Below, in pieces: positions 1 to 9,362 of a stretch of DNA of 64,000 nucleotides; the first letter of the stretch is position 1; the number at the start of each line of letters is the position of its first letter. The DNA lies in the NCBI RefSeq assembly GCF_004353825.1, contig NZ_SMNA01000006.1, positions 248,001-312,000 on the forward strand, in the 5' to 3' direction. Source of the DNA: Occultella glacieicola (lineage in GTDB: Bacteria > Actinomycetota > Actinomycetes > Actinomycetales > Beutenbergiaceae). The notes under the pieces are model-generated. The model saw only the letters and a list, made by a program, of their open reading frames with translations, searched no databases and was not told the origin of the DNA. The translations under genes were made by a program, and so were the position numbers.

Positions 1-2810
1 AGCCGCACCGGCGACGGCTGGACCTGCTTGAGCAGGGCCGCCACGAAGTAGCCACGGACCATCGCCGCGAGTGTGGTCGGGTGCATCGGCACCGCCTCGC
101 CGAGCGGTCGGGACCGACGCCAGCGCCAGAACTCCTCACGGTCGGTCGTGGTCGCCTTCTTGCTCCCCCAGTCACTCGCGATCGGACGCATCAGGCTGTC
201 GAACACGACCGGTTCGTACGGCTCGGCGAGCACCGTGAACACGTCGATGAACGCGGCCTCGGTGTCCGAGAGCGCCTGCTCGACGGCGGGACCGTACTGC
301 TTGCGTGCCTCGAGGACGCCGATCAGGCGCTGCCGGGCGGCGGACTTCTCCGGCAGCGGGATCTCGCTGAACTGCCGCGAGTACTGGATCTCGCGGTTGT
401 GCACCCGGGTGAGCACGGCCGTGTTCACCCGGACCAGCGGTGAGCCCGCGTTCAGTGCTGCGACGAACTGACCCTCGAACCTGGTCAGCCGGTCGGCGTG
501 CTCCCGCGGGGAGACCCCGTCCTCGGACAGGTAGGACCGCAGACCCTCCTGCATATAGCCCCCGATGGGGGTGCCCGGCTCCCGGATCCAGGCCGTCGCC
601 CGGCCCAGCACGTCCTCGGCCGAGACCGCCATCGAGACCGCGGCCCGGGCCGGCGCCGCGGACGAGGTCCGCTGGAACTGGGCGTCCGACGGCACCCATC
701 GCTGGGTCAGCCGCAGCACGCTCTGCCGGGTGCCCTCCTTCGCACCGGTGAGGATCTGACGCTCCGCCACGCCGCGTGCCTCGTTCTCGAGGTCCAGCCC
801 GACGGTCCGGGTGATCAACGCGCGCAGGGTGGCCGGGAACGTCTCGACGTCCTCGAGGAGGAACTCGTTCGGACCCGGCTTCAGCCGCGCCGGGATCACG
901 TCCGCGTCCGGCCAGGTGGACACCACCGAGCCGCGGCCGTCGAGCCCGCTGGCCACGGCGGTGCCCAGGGCCTCGACGCCGTGGTCGACCGCGTCGGTGA
1001 GCGGCTGCAGCAGACCCTTGGCGAGGTCGGCCACCAGACCGTGCGCCATCTCGCGGACCTCCGCCTCCTGCTCCCACTCCAGGGTCTGCACGGCCCGGTC
1101 GACCGCGGACTCGACCTCCTGCTCGGTCACGTTGCGGTTCGAGCCGAGGACGCGGCTGATCTCCGAGTCGAGGTCGGCGGCCCAGCGGCGCCGGTGGTCG
1201 GCCTCGCTGCGTAGCTCCCGGCCGACCTCCTCGAGTTCGGCGACGAGTCGCTTGAGCATCGCGGCGGCCACCGGACCGCCGTGCTTGGCCACGGCGTCCG
1301 CGGTCACGTCAACCACCTGGACCTGGATCGCGTCGACCCATTCGCGGGAGCGCTGGGTGCGCAGGCTGCGCATCCGGGCGGCGAACTGGCCGCGCCGGTC
1401 CACGACCGCCTGCCGGATCCGGATCCGCACGTCGTCGGTCGCGAACCCCTTGCCACCGGCCCCGACCCGGACCACCTCCATGACCTCGGCGGTGAGTTGG
1501 TTGCCGGCCGCCTTGACGTCGTCGCCGCGCTGCAGCGCCTCGATGATGTCGTTGCGTTCCTCCCCACGCTCGTCCAGGCCGGACGCGGCGAGGAACGCGC
1601 CGAACGCGTTCGTGGCCTGCTCCTGGATCAGGTGCCGCGGCGGGCGCTCGTCCTCGCGGCTGCGGAGCAGCTCGTGCCGCTCGAGCACGAGGTGGACGAC
1701 GGACCGGGCCAGGTGCTCGGAGGCATAGTCGCGGAACCGGTCGCGGCCCAGGCCGACCCGCGCCGAGCCGAGCGCGGTGAACGGGGTCTCGGTGCCACCG
1801 GGGTGCAGGCGCAGGTGATCGGTGACGGCCTGGGCGGTGGACGCCCACTGGGCCTGGGTGTACGCGGAGAGCCGGTCCTGCAGGCTGGAACTGGCCACCC
1901 AGGAGGCGATGGACCGCCCCATCGCCCGGTAGACGTCGTTCTGGGTCCGGTAGGTGACGTGCTCGTTCCGGGCACCGACCAGGAAGGGGAACCGGGGTCC
2001 GAGCCGACGGCTCGACCCGGTCGAGACTCCGGCGGCCTGGAACAGTTCGCTGGTGCTCTCGCTCGGCCCGTCGGCACTCCAGTAGCCGGCCATCAGCTCG
2101 GCGAGCGCGCCGAGCGAGTTCGGCCGTACGCCGCGTCGCAGGCCCTCGTCGAGGTCGTCGAAGACGTCCGGGCAGTACAGGATCCCGACGGACTCGTTCG
2201 CCCACTTGTCACCGAGGGACCGGATCACATCACACACGTCCAGGACCGCACCCGAGCCGCTGCCGCCGGCGATCGACGCGATGACGATGACCTGCGGCTC
2301 GTCCGCGACGCTGCGCGCCGGGGACCCGAGCGCCTCGCTGAGCCGCTGCAGTTCCCCGGTCACCTCCGCACCGGTGAGCTGCCGGCGGGCCTCCCGGACC
2401 GCCGTCGCGATCCGCTTGAGCTGCGACAGCGCGATCGTGCGCCCGAGCGCGCGGTACTGACCGGCGCCCTTGCTGGCGGGCACGTGGACCTTGTCCGGGT
2501 CCGGCCGCCACCCACCGAGGGCGTCCCGGGCGTGGGTCCCGGCGGACTGGATCAGGGAGTCGTCCAGGGTGCGGTAGTCGATACCGGAGCCGACGAGGCC
2601 CTGGTAGGACCGCTCGGGCAACTGCTCCGGGAGGTCGCGTTCGTTGCCGTCCGCGGTGGTGGGCACGTCGATGTGGAGGAACTGCCAGGCGCTCGGCAGG
2701 CCCTCGGTCCACCCGGCCTGCAGCAGCCGCCGGCTGAGGTCCTCACGCACCACGCGCAGGGTCTTGCCTCCGGAGCCGCCGACGCCGACGAGCAGAAACG
2801 GTCGAAGCAT
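1..2810 (-). CDS. Tubulin/FtsZ-like GTPase domain protein (Tubulin_2 / FtsZl1-like), >936 aa, 3' end outside the window
   Basis: Not in ORF track because no stop lies in the window. Manual translation from ATG 2810: MLRPFLLVGVGGSGGKTL...WQFLHIDVP...SKGAGQYRALGR...VIVIASIAGGSGSGAVLDV...PNSLGALAELM. These match the GxGGxG loop, GAG motif and GGGTGSG-like signature. Same frame spot-checked as open to the left edge (...FWRWRRSRPL...MVRGYF). Confidence 0.88.
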   Translation of the reverse strand, partial: MLRPFLLVGVGGSGGKTLRVVREDLSRRLLQAGWTEGLPSAWQFLHIDVPTTADGNERDLPEQLPERSYQGLVGSGIDYRTLDDSLIQSAGTHARDALGGWRPDPDKVHVPASKGAGQYRALGRTIALSQLKRIATAVREARRQLTGAEVTGELQRLSEALGSPARSVADEPQVIVIASIAGGSGSGAVLDVCDVIRSLGDKWANESVGILYCPDVFDDLDEGLRRGVRPNSLGALAELMAGYWSADGPSESTSELFQAAGVSTGSSRRLGPRFPFLVGARNEHVTYRTQNDVYRAMGRSIASWVASSSLQDRLSAYTQAQWASTAQAVTDHLRLHPGGTETPFTALGSARVGLGRDRFRDYASEHLARSVVHLVLERHELLRSREDERPPRHLIQEQATNAFGAFLAASGLDERGEERNDIIEALQRGDDVKAAGNQLTAEVMEVVRVGAGGKGFATDDVRIRIRQAVVDRRGQFAARMRSLRTQRSREWVDAIQVQVVDVTADAVAKHGGPVAAAMLKRLVAELEEVGRELRSEADHRRRWAADLDSEISRVLGSNRNVTEQEVESAVDRAVQTLEWEQEAEVREMAHGLVADLAKGLLQPLTDAVDHGVEALGTAVASGLDGRGSVVSTWPDADVIPARLKPGPNEFLLEDVETFPATLRALITRTVGLDLENEARGVAERQILTGAKEGTRQSVLRLTQRWVPSDAQFQRTSSAAPARAAVSMAVSAEDVLGRATAWIREPGTPIGGYMQEGLRSYLSEDGVSPREHADRLTRFEGQFVAALNAGSPLVRVNTAVLTRVHNREIQYSRQFSEIPLPEKSAARQRLIGVLEARKQYGPAVEQALSDTEAAFIDVFTVLAEPYEPVVFDSLMRPIASDWGSKKATTTDREEFWRWRRSRPLGEAVPMHPTTLAAMVRGYFVAALLKQVQPSPVR

Positions 2811-2882
2811 GTGAGTTCCTCACTGTGGTGCGGGTGGATGTCCGGGCCGGTGGGTCACCGCCGGATCGTCACGGTCGGAGCG

Positions 2883-5645
2883 TCACCTGCGTGGTGGCGG
2901 CGGTGGTGGGAGCCCACCCTCGGTCGGGCCGGGCGGCCCACCGGGTCGCGAGGGTGTGGCGGGCGACGGCGGCACTCCGGTCCGGCCCGCAGGACGCACC
3001 TCGCGCCGGTCCGGGGGTGGTGGGTTGTCCGGTCCGCGGCGCGGGGGTGGGGGCCCGCCCGCGACGGCGCCCGTGGCCGGCCCCGGACCGCCCGCAGATG
3101 GTGGCCCGGCCGCACCGACCGGCGCCGCGGCGCGCGGCTGGCCGCCCGGGGATCCCGTCGACACCCCGGGCACGTTCGGCGCAGCCGTGGTCAGGTCCGC
3201 CCAGGCCCGGTGCGCACGCTCGATCTCCTTGCTCCAGGTGACCCGATCGAGTTCGGCGAGCCGGTCGGGCAGGAGTTGGGCGACGCTCGCGGTCTTGCCC
3301 GGGTCCACCACCATCACCAGCGTGCCGCGGATCGTGTCGGTGTCGGCGCCGGGCTCGGGCCGCTCGGTGACGATCACGAACCCGGTGGAGCCCGGGAAGT
3401 CGGTGAGCCGGATGCTCGGATCCGGATGGCCGACCGTCCGCTGGGTCATCGGTACCTCCGAGCCGGTCCCGCTCACCAGTGCCCGCGCCTCCGCGAACGG
3501 GTTCCACGGGCGGTGCGCCCAGTAGCGCGCGGTGCCGGCCGTGAAGGTCGTGGGGCGCCCGCTGGTGCCGAGTCCCCGGAACTCCTCCGGTCCGAGCAGC
3601 CTGGTGGCGCCGTCGCGGCGTTGGGGTCCCCGCGCGGTGACCACGACCGGAGCGGTGACGTAGCGGGTGAACGGGCTGAGGTCGAACCGGCCGGCGATCC
3701 TGCGGGTCACGACCAGGGCACCATAGGCGAACGCGAGCGCAGCGCCGACGAGAACGGCGACGAGCCAGTTGCGGGTGGCGGCATCCACGGGCCGCAGCAT
3801 GGTCCCGGTGACCGGTACCTCGAGGACGATCGGGTCCCCGGGGTCGACGCCGTGCAGCTCCACCGGCAGGAGCCCGTCCACCCGGCCGTCCGCCTGTTCG
3901 GCGGTGGTGAGCGTGACCGGCACCTCGACCGTGGCCCCGGCCGCCACGTCGAGGCACTCGGCACCGGCGGCGAGGGAGGCCGCTCCGGCCCGTTCGGGTG
4001 CGGCCACGGTGCCCTCGCTGAAGCAGACCTCGGTCGGCCCACGATCGGCGCCGGTGAGGGTGAGGGTCGCCTCCGCCGTGGTGGTGCCGTCCAGTCGGCC
4101 GAGCTCCAGGCGGGCGGGGCTGATCGTCGGGAACGACGGCGGGTAGGAGGTGGTGAGCGCTCGCTCGACCGCGACCGGGCCGAGCGCGATCGCGTTCGGG
4201 GTGGTCTCGGCGGTCGCCCGGGCGGCGACCACGAGCGAGGAGACGGCCGCGTCCGCGGGCACGGTGATCTCGCCGGACCAGCCGTCGGCGTCCGCCGCGA
4301 ACGGGGCCGGTGCGCCGTCGACGGTGACGGTGAGGTCGACGGCGCCGTACACGTCGGGAGCCACGAGCCCGCCGGCGGCGTCCCGGGCGGCGATCCGCAC
4401 GTCGCTCGGCTCGCCGATCACCACGCCGTCAGGGGCCTCGACGGTGAGGGTCACGCCCCAGAAGTAGTAGAGGTCGACGACTGTGACCAGATCCGCGTCG
4501 GTGACCATGGTCCAGGTCCCGACGGCCGGCTCGGGGTCGGTGACGGCGACGTCGATGGTGGTCAGCGTTTCGTTCTTGGTCACGCTCACCGCGGCTCCGC
4601 TCGCCTCGGCCGTGGCCGCGTCGAGGACCACGGTGGTGCCGTCCGGCGCCACCAGCTGCGGTGCGGGTGCGCCATCGGCGGCCTCGACGACGAGCCGGAA
4701 GCCGCCGACCCCGGCATCCACCGGCACCGCGAGCCGCCCGTCGACGCAGGCGTCCGAGGGACAGTCGAAGGAGTCCGCGGGCGTGCCGCCCTCCAGCAGC
4801 GCGCCCATCTGCGCGAAGAGCCGGTTCAGCAGGCTCGCGTCGTCGGCCGTCAGGAAGGCGCCGTTCGTCACGTTCCCCGGCACGGGTGCGGTCCCGCAGA
4901 CCTCGGACCCGGCGGCGCCCTCCGCGATCGCCTGGAACCGGTCCCGGTCGATCTGGTCGACGGCGCCCTGCCCCTGCGCGGTCATCAGGCCCATCGCGAC
5001 GACCGCGACCCCGTCGGCCCGGACCCCGTCGATGATGCCGCCGGGAGCGCAGATCTCCTCGCGGGCCGCGTCCGTGGCCGGCCGGTCCCCCCGCCCGTCG
5101 ACGTCGAGACGACCGTCGGTGAGCCAGAGCATCATCTTGCAGGTATCCCCGCCCACCTCGGCGCTGCGCGCCGCGAGTGAGGTCTGGGCACCCGAGAGGG
5201 CCTGGCGGTAGTCGGTCAGGTTGGCGCCGTCGCGCTCCGGCAGCTCCTGCTGGGCGGCCGTCCGGAGCTGCGCGCCGTGGGCCCCACCCGGCTCGAGGCT
5301 GCCCCAGCCGACCAGCTCGGTGTACTCGCTGCCGAAGACCGCCAGGTTCGCCTCCACGGCCAGTTCGGTGTCGCCCCCGAGCCGTTCCAGGGAGTCCAGT
5401 GCGGTGAGCACCGCACCGACGCGCTGGTCCTCGGGATCGGTCCACTGCAGGCTCTGCGACTCGTCCACGACGATCGAGACCAGGAGCGTGCCCGCCTCGG
5501 CGGTGCAGGCGGCGATGTCGGAGAAGCTCGCCGAACCGGTCGGGCTGAGGTCGCCCGCCGCATCGCCGCGCGCCGAGGTCCCCGCCAGCGCGAGCGCCAG
5601 GCCGAGCCCAGCCGCGATCCCGGCGCGGAGCGCCCGCCTCACCAC
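2883..5645 (-). CDS. Exported, membrane-anchored vWA-domain protein (~920 aa) with Pro-rich C-terminal tail
   Basis: GTG 5645 with GGAGG 7 nt upstream; signal peptide; MIDAS motif VVDESQSL, then TDY and LWLTDG; beta-rich middle; one TM helix (WLVAVLVGAALAFAYGALVV); ends PPPPPPRR. Confidence 0.88.
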   Translation of the reverse strand: MVRRALRAGIAAGLGLALALAGTSARGDAAGDLSPTGSASFSDIAACTAEAGTLLVSIVVDESQSLQWTDPEDQRVGAVLTALDSLERLGGDTELAVEANLAVFGSEYTELVGWGSLEPGGAHGAQLRTAAQQELPERDGANLTDYRQALSGAQTSLAARSAEVGGDTCKMMLWLTDGRLDVDGRGDRPATDAAREEICAPGGIIDGVRADGVAVVAMGLMTAQGQGAVDQIDRDRFQAIAEGAAGSEVCGTAPVPGNVTNGAFLTADDASLLNRLFAQMGALLEGGTPADSFDCPSDACVDGRLAVPVDAGVGGFRLVVEAADGAPAPQLVAPDGTTVVLDAATAEASGAAVSVTKNETLTTIDVAVTDPEPAVGTWTMVTDADLVTVVDLYYFWGVTLTVEAPDGVVIGEPSDVRIAARDAAGGLVAPDVYGAVDLTVTVDGAPAPFAADADGWSGEITVPADAAVSSLVVAARATAETTPNAIALGPVAVERALTTSYPPSFPTISPARLELGRLDGTTTAEATLTLTGADRGPTEVCFSEGTVAAPERAGAASLAAGAECLDVAAGATVEVPVTLTTAEQADGRVDGLLPVELHGVDPGDPIVLEVPVTGTMLRPVDAATRNWLVAVLVGAALAFAYGALVVTRRIAGRFDLSPFTRYVTAPVVVTARGPQRRDGATRLLGPEEFRGLGTSGRPTTFTAGTARYWAHRPWNPFAEARALVSGTGSEVPMTQRTVGHPDPSIRLTDFPGSTGFVIVTERPEPGADTDTIRGTLVMVVDPGKTASVAQLLPDRLAELDRVTWSKEIERAHRAWADLTTAAPNVPGVSTGSPGGQPRAAAPVGAAGPPSAGGPGPATGAVAGGPPPPRRGPDNPPPPDRREVRPAGRTGVPPSPATPSRPGGPPGPTEGGLPPPPPPRR

Positions 5646-5959
5646 TTCGCAACCTCCGTCGCGAGCAGGTACGCACACGCGATCCCGGCGGCGACGCCGA
5701 CCACCATGACCACCGTGACGACCCGGTCGAGACCCGGGCTCGGTCGGAAGATCTTGCTGCGGCGCGCGGCCCGGATGCTCCGGTAGAGGGCCGCGAAGAC
5801 GACCGTCACCACGGCGCCGAGCACGTAGCCGACCAGGCAGATCCACCAGGTGGTCACCGTCAGGTTCAGCGCGACGACGGTGAGCGCGCCGAGCACCGCG
5901 AGGAGTTCGAGCGCGACCGGCCAGCGCGCGGCCTGCACCGAACTCGCTGTCGTGGTCAC
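5639..5959 (-). CDS. Small membrane protein (~106 aa, ~3 TM), first gene of the vWA/tubulin operon
   Basis: AAGGAG before GTG 5959; three hydrophobic segments; stop codon overlaps the vWA start. Confidence 0.75.
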   Translation of the reverse strand: MTTTASSVQAARWPVALELLAVLGALTVVALNLTVTTWWICLVGYVLGAVVTVVFAALYRSIRAARRSKIFRPSPGLDRVVTVVMVVGVAAGIACAYLLATEVAKW

Positions 5960-6148
5960 ATCCACTCCTTCGGCCTGCGCTGCTGCACCCGCCGCCCGCA
6001 CGCTGGACGTGGGGTCTGCCGGCACGCTTGTCATCGTAACTAGCGGTCCTGACATACCGGGCCCAGAATCGGGTCCGTCGCTGCGGACGACCCGTGCCGT
6101 CAGATCCGCCCGAGGTGTCCGCCGAGGGCGTGGCAGCATGAGGACGCC

Positions 6149-7072
6149 ATGCCTGTCCCCGCCTCCCCGACCGACGGGGCGCCGCCGCCTCCGCCGCCGC
6201 GGCTCCCGGTCCCCCGCGACGCCACCAGCGCCGATGCCCGGCGGCGCTCGCGCGGCACCCGATGGACGATCCTCGGCATCGCCGCGGCGCTGATCGTGCT
6301 GCTCACGGTCGCGGTGGTCGCGCTCGGGCGAGGCGGCCGGGAGGCGACGTCGACGCCGACCGCGCCACCGCCGTCGAGCAGCAGCCCGAGCGCGCCACCT
6401 CAGGAGGTCACGGCCGGGCCGAGCCCGCCCGGCACGGCCCCGTCACCCGAGGCGCCCACCGCGGACCCGCCGCTGCCCGGGACGGCCCTGGCCGCCCTCG
6501 AACGGCTCGCCGTGACCGCGAACGAGACGTTCGAGGGTTACGACCGGGACCTGTTCGGGTACCGGTCCGTGGACCTGGACCGCAACGGCTGCGACGTCCG
6601 CAACGACGTGCTCCGCCGCGACCTGGCGGACGTGGTGGTCCGACCCGGGACGAACGGCTGCGTCGTCGAGACCGGCATCCTGGTGGACCCGTACACCGGC
6701 GCGGTCATGGCGTTCCAGCGCGGCGCCGAGACCTCCGGACAGGTGCAGATCGACCATGTGGTGGCGCTGGCGAACGCCTGGGTCACCGGCGCCCAGAGCT
6801 GGGACGAGGCCACCCTCGAGCGGTTCGGGAACGACCCGCTGAACCTGCTCGCGGTGGACGGGCCCACGAACCAGGGCAAGGGTGCCGACGACGCCTCCGA
6901 GTGGCTGCCCGCGAACACGGGGTTCCGGTGCGAGTACGTGGCGCTGCAGGTCGCCGTGAAGGGCGCCTACGCGCTCACCGTCACGGCGGCGGAGCGGGAT
7001 GCGATGGTGGAGGTGCTCGAGACCTGCCCGGCGCAGCCGCTCCCGACCGCGGCGGACACGGCGACGCCGTAG
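6149..7072 (+). CDS. Membrane-anchored HNH endonuclease (DUF1524-type)
   Basis: N-terminal TM and Pro/Ser linker, then GYDRDLFG, NGCDVRNDVLRRDL, DPYTG, IDHVVALANAW, NDPLNLLAVDGPTNQGKG. Confidence 0.88.
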   Translation: MPVPASPTDGAPPPPPPRLPVPRDATSADARRRSRGTRWTILGIAAALIVLLTVAVVALGRGGREATSTPTAPPPSSSSPSAPPQEVTAGPSPPGTAPSPEAPTADPPLPGTALAALERLAVTANETFEGYDRDLFGYRSVDLDRNGCDVRNDVLRRDLADVVVRPGTNGCVVETGILVDPYTGAVMAFQRGAETSGQVQIDHVVALANAWVTGAQSWDEATLERFGNDPLNLLAVDGPTNQGKGADDASEWLPANTGFRCEYVALQVAVKGAYALTVTAAERDAMVEVLETCPAQPLPTAADTATP

Positions 7073-7101
7073 GACGAGGGCAGAGGCTGCCGTGCGCCCG
7101 C

Positions 7102-7335
7102 CAGTTGCGACGCCTGCTGCTGCGCGCTCACCTACTCGGTTGCGACCCGGTCGCGGATTTCGAGGCGGCGGCCGTGATCTACCGGCGGTGCCGCACGCAG
7201 GGCATCACGCGTCGTGGCATGGTCGACTGCCTGATCGCGGCGGTGGCACTGCGCACGGGTGCGAGCCTGCTGACCTGTGACTCCGATCTGGTCCGGGTCT
7301 GCGGCGTCCTCGGGATCGAGCTCGACGTTCGCTAG
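7102..7335 (+). pseudogene. 5'-truncated PIN-domain (VapC-like) remnant
   Basis: Reads DFEAAAVIYRRCRTQGITRRGMVDCLIAAVALRTGASLLTCDSD, the C-terminal half of a PIN domain. The N-terminal motif and an antitoxin gene are absent. Confidence 0.75.
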
Positions 7336-7384
7336 GCACGGCGCACCGACACGGCCACTCGGACCGTCGGACCCGTGCCGTGCC
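7335..7384. terminator. Hairpin between convergent genes
   Basis: GGCACGGCGC...GTGCCGTGCC stem (one G-U pair) enclosing CCGAC/GTCGG. Confidence 0.4.
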
Positions 7385-7402
7385 GCACGGCAGCGGGCGG
7401 CC

Positions 7403-9358
7403 TCAGACCGAGCCGGAGTCGCAGGGCAGCCACACGCGCATGGTGGACGGTCCCCGGTTGGCCCAGTCGTGGTACGCGGTCAGGGGCACCTCGACCGCGA
7501 CCGGGTCCCCGGTGCCCGCGGGCTCCGACCGGTAGGGCCACGCGACGTCGGTCGGCGTGCCGAGCACGCCCCGCACCCAGACCCGGCCGTCCCGCTCGGT
7601 CGGGGGCGTGCCCGGATCCACCTGGAACCTCGAGACGTCCGCACCGCCGGGCAGGTCGACGGACTCCAGGCAGAAGACCTCCGGGCCGCGCTGTACCGCG
7701 ACGCAGCCGCGGACGGCGTCGATGCGCGGGTCGGGCCACACGAACCGCGGGATCACGGGCAGGTCGAGGACGAGTTCGGCGCCTGGCTCAAGGTCCACGG
7801 GAAGACGGGCCAGGCCGGGCGCGACATCCTGGCGGGTACCGCCGGAGATCACTGCGCCGCCCTGCACCCACGCCGGGATCCGGAGCGTCAGGTCCCATCG
7901 TTGGCGCTCCCGGCCCGCCGCCCGGATCCGCACGGTGCCACGGTGCGGGTAGTCGGTGTCGACGTCGACTGCCACCTCGCGGCCGTCCGCCAGCCTGGTC
8001 CGGATCCGCGCCGGTGCGTACTGGTGGAGCTGGAGGCCGTGGTCGTCGGCCGTGGCCAGATAGGCGCCGAGGCCGGCGAAGGTGCGGGCCACGTTCGTCG
8101 GGCAGCAGGACACCGTGAACCAGGGCGCGCGCAGGGACGAGGACGCCCGGGTGCTGACGACGTCGGGTTCCGGCACGCTCGCGAGCTCGCGCTGGTGCAG
8201 GGTGTTGGCGTAGTAGAAGGAGCGGCCGTCCGGGGCCGGTGAGGTCGCGACCACGTTGAACAGGGCCCGCTCGATGACGTCCGCCCAGGTGGGGTCGGCG
8301 TCGGACAGCAGCAACCGCCACGCCAGCTGCACCGACCCGACCGCCGCGCAGGTCTCCGAGTAGGCCCGGTCCGGCGGCAGGGCGAAGTCCTCCCCGAACC
8401 CCTCGTCCTGGTGCCGCGAGCCCATCCCGCCGGTGAGGTAGGTACGCCGGGCCAGGGTGGTGATGAACTGGCGGCGCACGGCGTCCCTGAGCCCCTCGTC
8501 GCCGGTCTCGGTGGCCACGTCCACGGCGCCCTCGGCGAAGTACATGGCCCGCACCGCGTGCCCCCGCAGCACGTCGGCCTCCCGGACCGGCACGTCGTCC
8601 TGGAAGTAGGCCCGCCCGAACTCGATGTCGTCGAGCACGTGGTGTCCGCGACGCTCGACGAAGAGCCTCGCCTGCTCGAGGTAGCGGCGCTCCCCGGTCG
8701 CACGGGCGAACTCGACGAGCGCCGGCTCCACCTCGGCGTGCCCGCAGACGGACTCGATGCCGCCGGGGCCGAACACCTCGCACACCTGGTCGGCCACCCG
8801 CCGGGCCACCTGGACCAGGAGATGGTCGCCGCGGGTGCGCAACCGCGCGACCGCCGCCTGGATGAGGTGACCGAAGCAGTACAGCTCGTGGCCCCACTCC
8901 AGGTCGGAGTACCGCGGGTCCTGCCCGGGGCGCCCGAAGTTGGTGTGCAGGTATCCGTCGGGCTCCTGGGCTGCCGCCACCCGCGCGACGATCGCGTCGT
9001 AGCGGCCCTGCACGACCTCGTCACCGGTGCGCCCGATCTCCCAGGCCATCGCCTCGAGGAGCTTGTACACCTCGGAGTCGGCGAACTCGCGGCCCCGACG
9101 GGCACCGGGGAGACGGCCGTCCGCGGCGGCGTCGAAGTTGCCCAGCCAGCCCTCCCGCTCGAGCCAGTGCTCGATGTGCACGATCGTCGCCGAGCCGTTG
9201 ACGTGCTGCCGCCGGCCCCAGAACCCACCGACGATCCGGACCTCCGCCAGGCCGAGCGGGCGCAGTACCCCGGCCGAGGGCGACACCGGCAGGCCGCCTG
9301 ATGCTCCGCCGTCGGGCCCCTTGGGGCCGGCCCCGGCCGTGGTGGTGTCGACGGACAC
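7403..9358 (-). CDS. GH127 beta-L-arabinofuranosidase-family glycoside hydrolase
   Basis: FADSEVYKLLEA, HELYCFGHLIQAAVA, GHAVRAMY, YSETCAAVG, CCPTN motifs; GTG start just after the permease stop. Confidence 0.93.
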   Translation of the reverse strand: MSVDTTTAGAGPKGPDGGASGGLPVSPSAGVLRPLGLAEVRIVGGFWGRRQHVNGSATIVHIEHWLEREGWLGNFDAAADGRLPGARRGREFADSEVYKLLEAMAWEIGRTGDEVVQGRYDAIVARVAAAQEPDGYLHTNFGRPGQDPRYSDLEWGHELYCFGHLIQAAVARLRTRGDHLLVQVARRVADQVCEVFGPGGIESVCGHAEVEPALVEFARATGERRYLEQARLFVERRGHHVLDDIEFGRAYFQDDVPVREADVLRGHAVRAMYFAEGAVDVATETGDEGLRDAVRRQFITTLARRTYLTGGMGSRHQDEGFGEDFALPPDRAYSETCAAVGSVQLAWRLLLSDADPTWADVIERALFNVVATSPAPDGRSFYYANTLHQRELASVPEPDVVSTRASSSLRAPWFTVSCCPTNVARTFAGLGAYLATADDHGLQLHQYAPARIRTRLADGREVAVDVDTDYPHRGTVRIRAAGRERQRWDLTLRIPAWVQGGAVISGGTRQDVAPGLARLPVDLEPGAELVLDLPVIPRFVWPDPRIDAVRGCVAVQRGPEVFCLESVDLPGGADVSRFQVDPGTPPTERDGRVWVRGVLGTPTDVAWPYRSEPAGTGDPVAVEVPLTAYHDWANRGPSTMRVWLPCDSGSV

Positions 9359-9362
9359 GCGA

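Noticed and set aside
172..2712. Minus-strand ORFs 172..1077, 1309..2205 and 2230..2712
   Set aside because: Arg/Gly/Pro-rich off-frame readings inside the tubulin-like gene.
1281..5180. 1299-aa plus-strand ORF
   Set aside because: Antisense shadow of the tubulin-like and vWA genes; no motifs, and such shadows are common in high-GC DNA.
6262..7335. 357-aa ORF as a full PIN fusion protein
   Set aside because: Most of it is an off-frame overlap of the HNH gene; only the last ~77 codons look like PIN.
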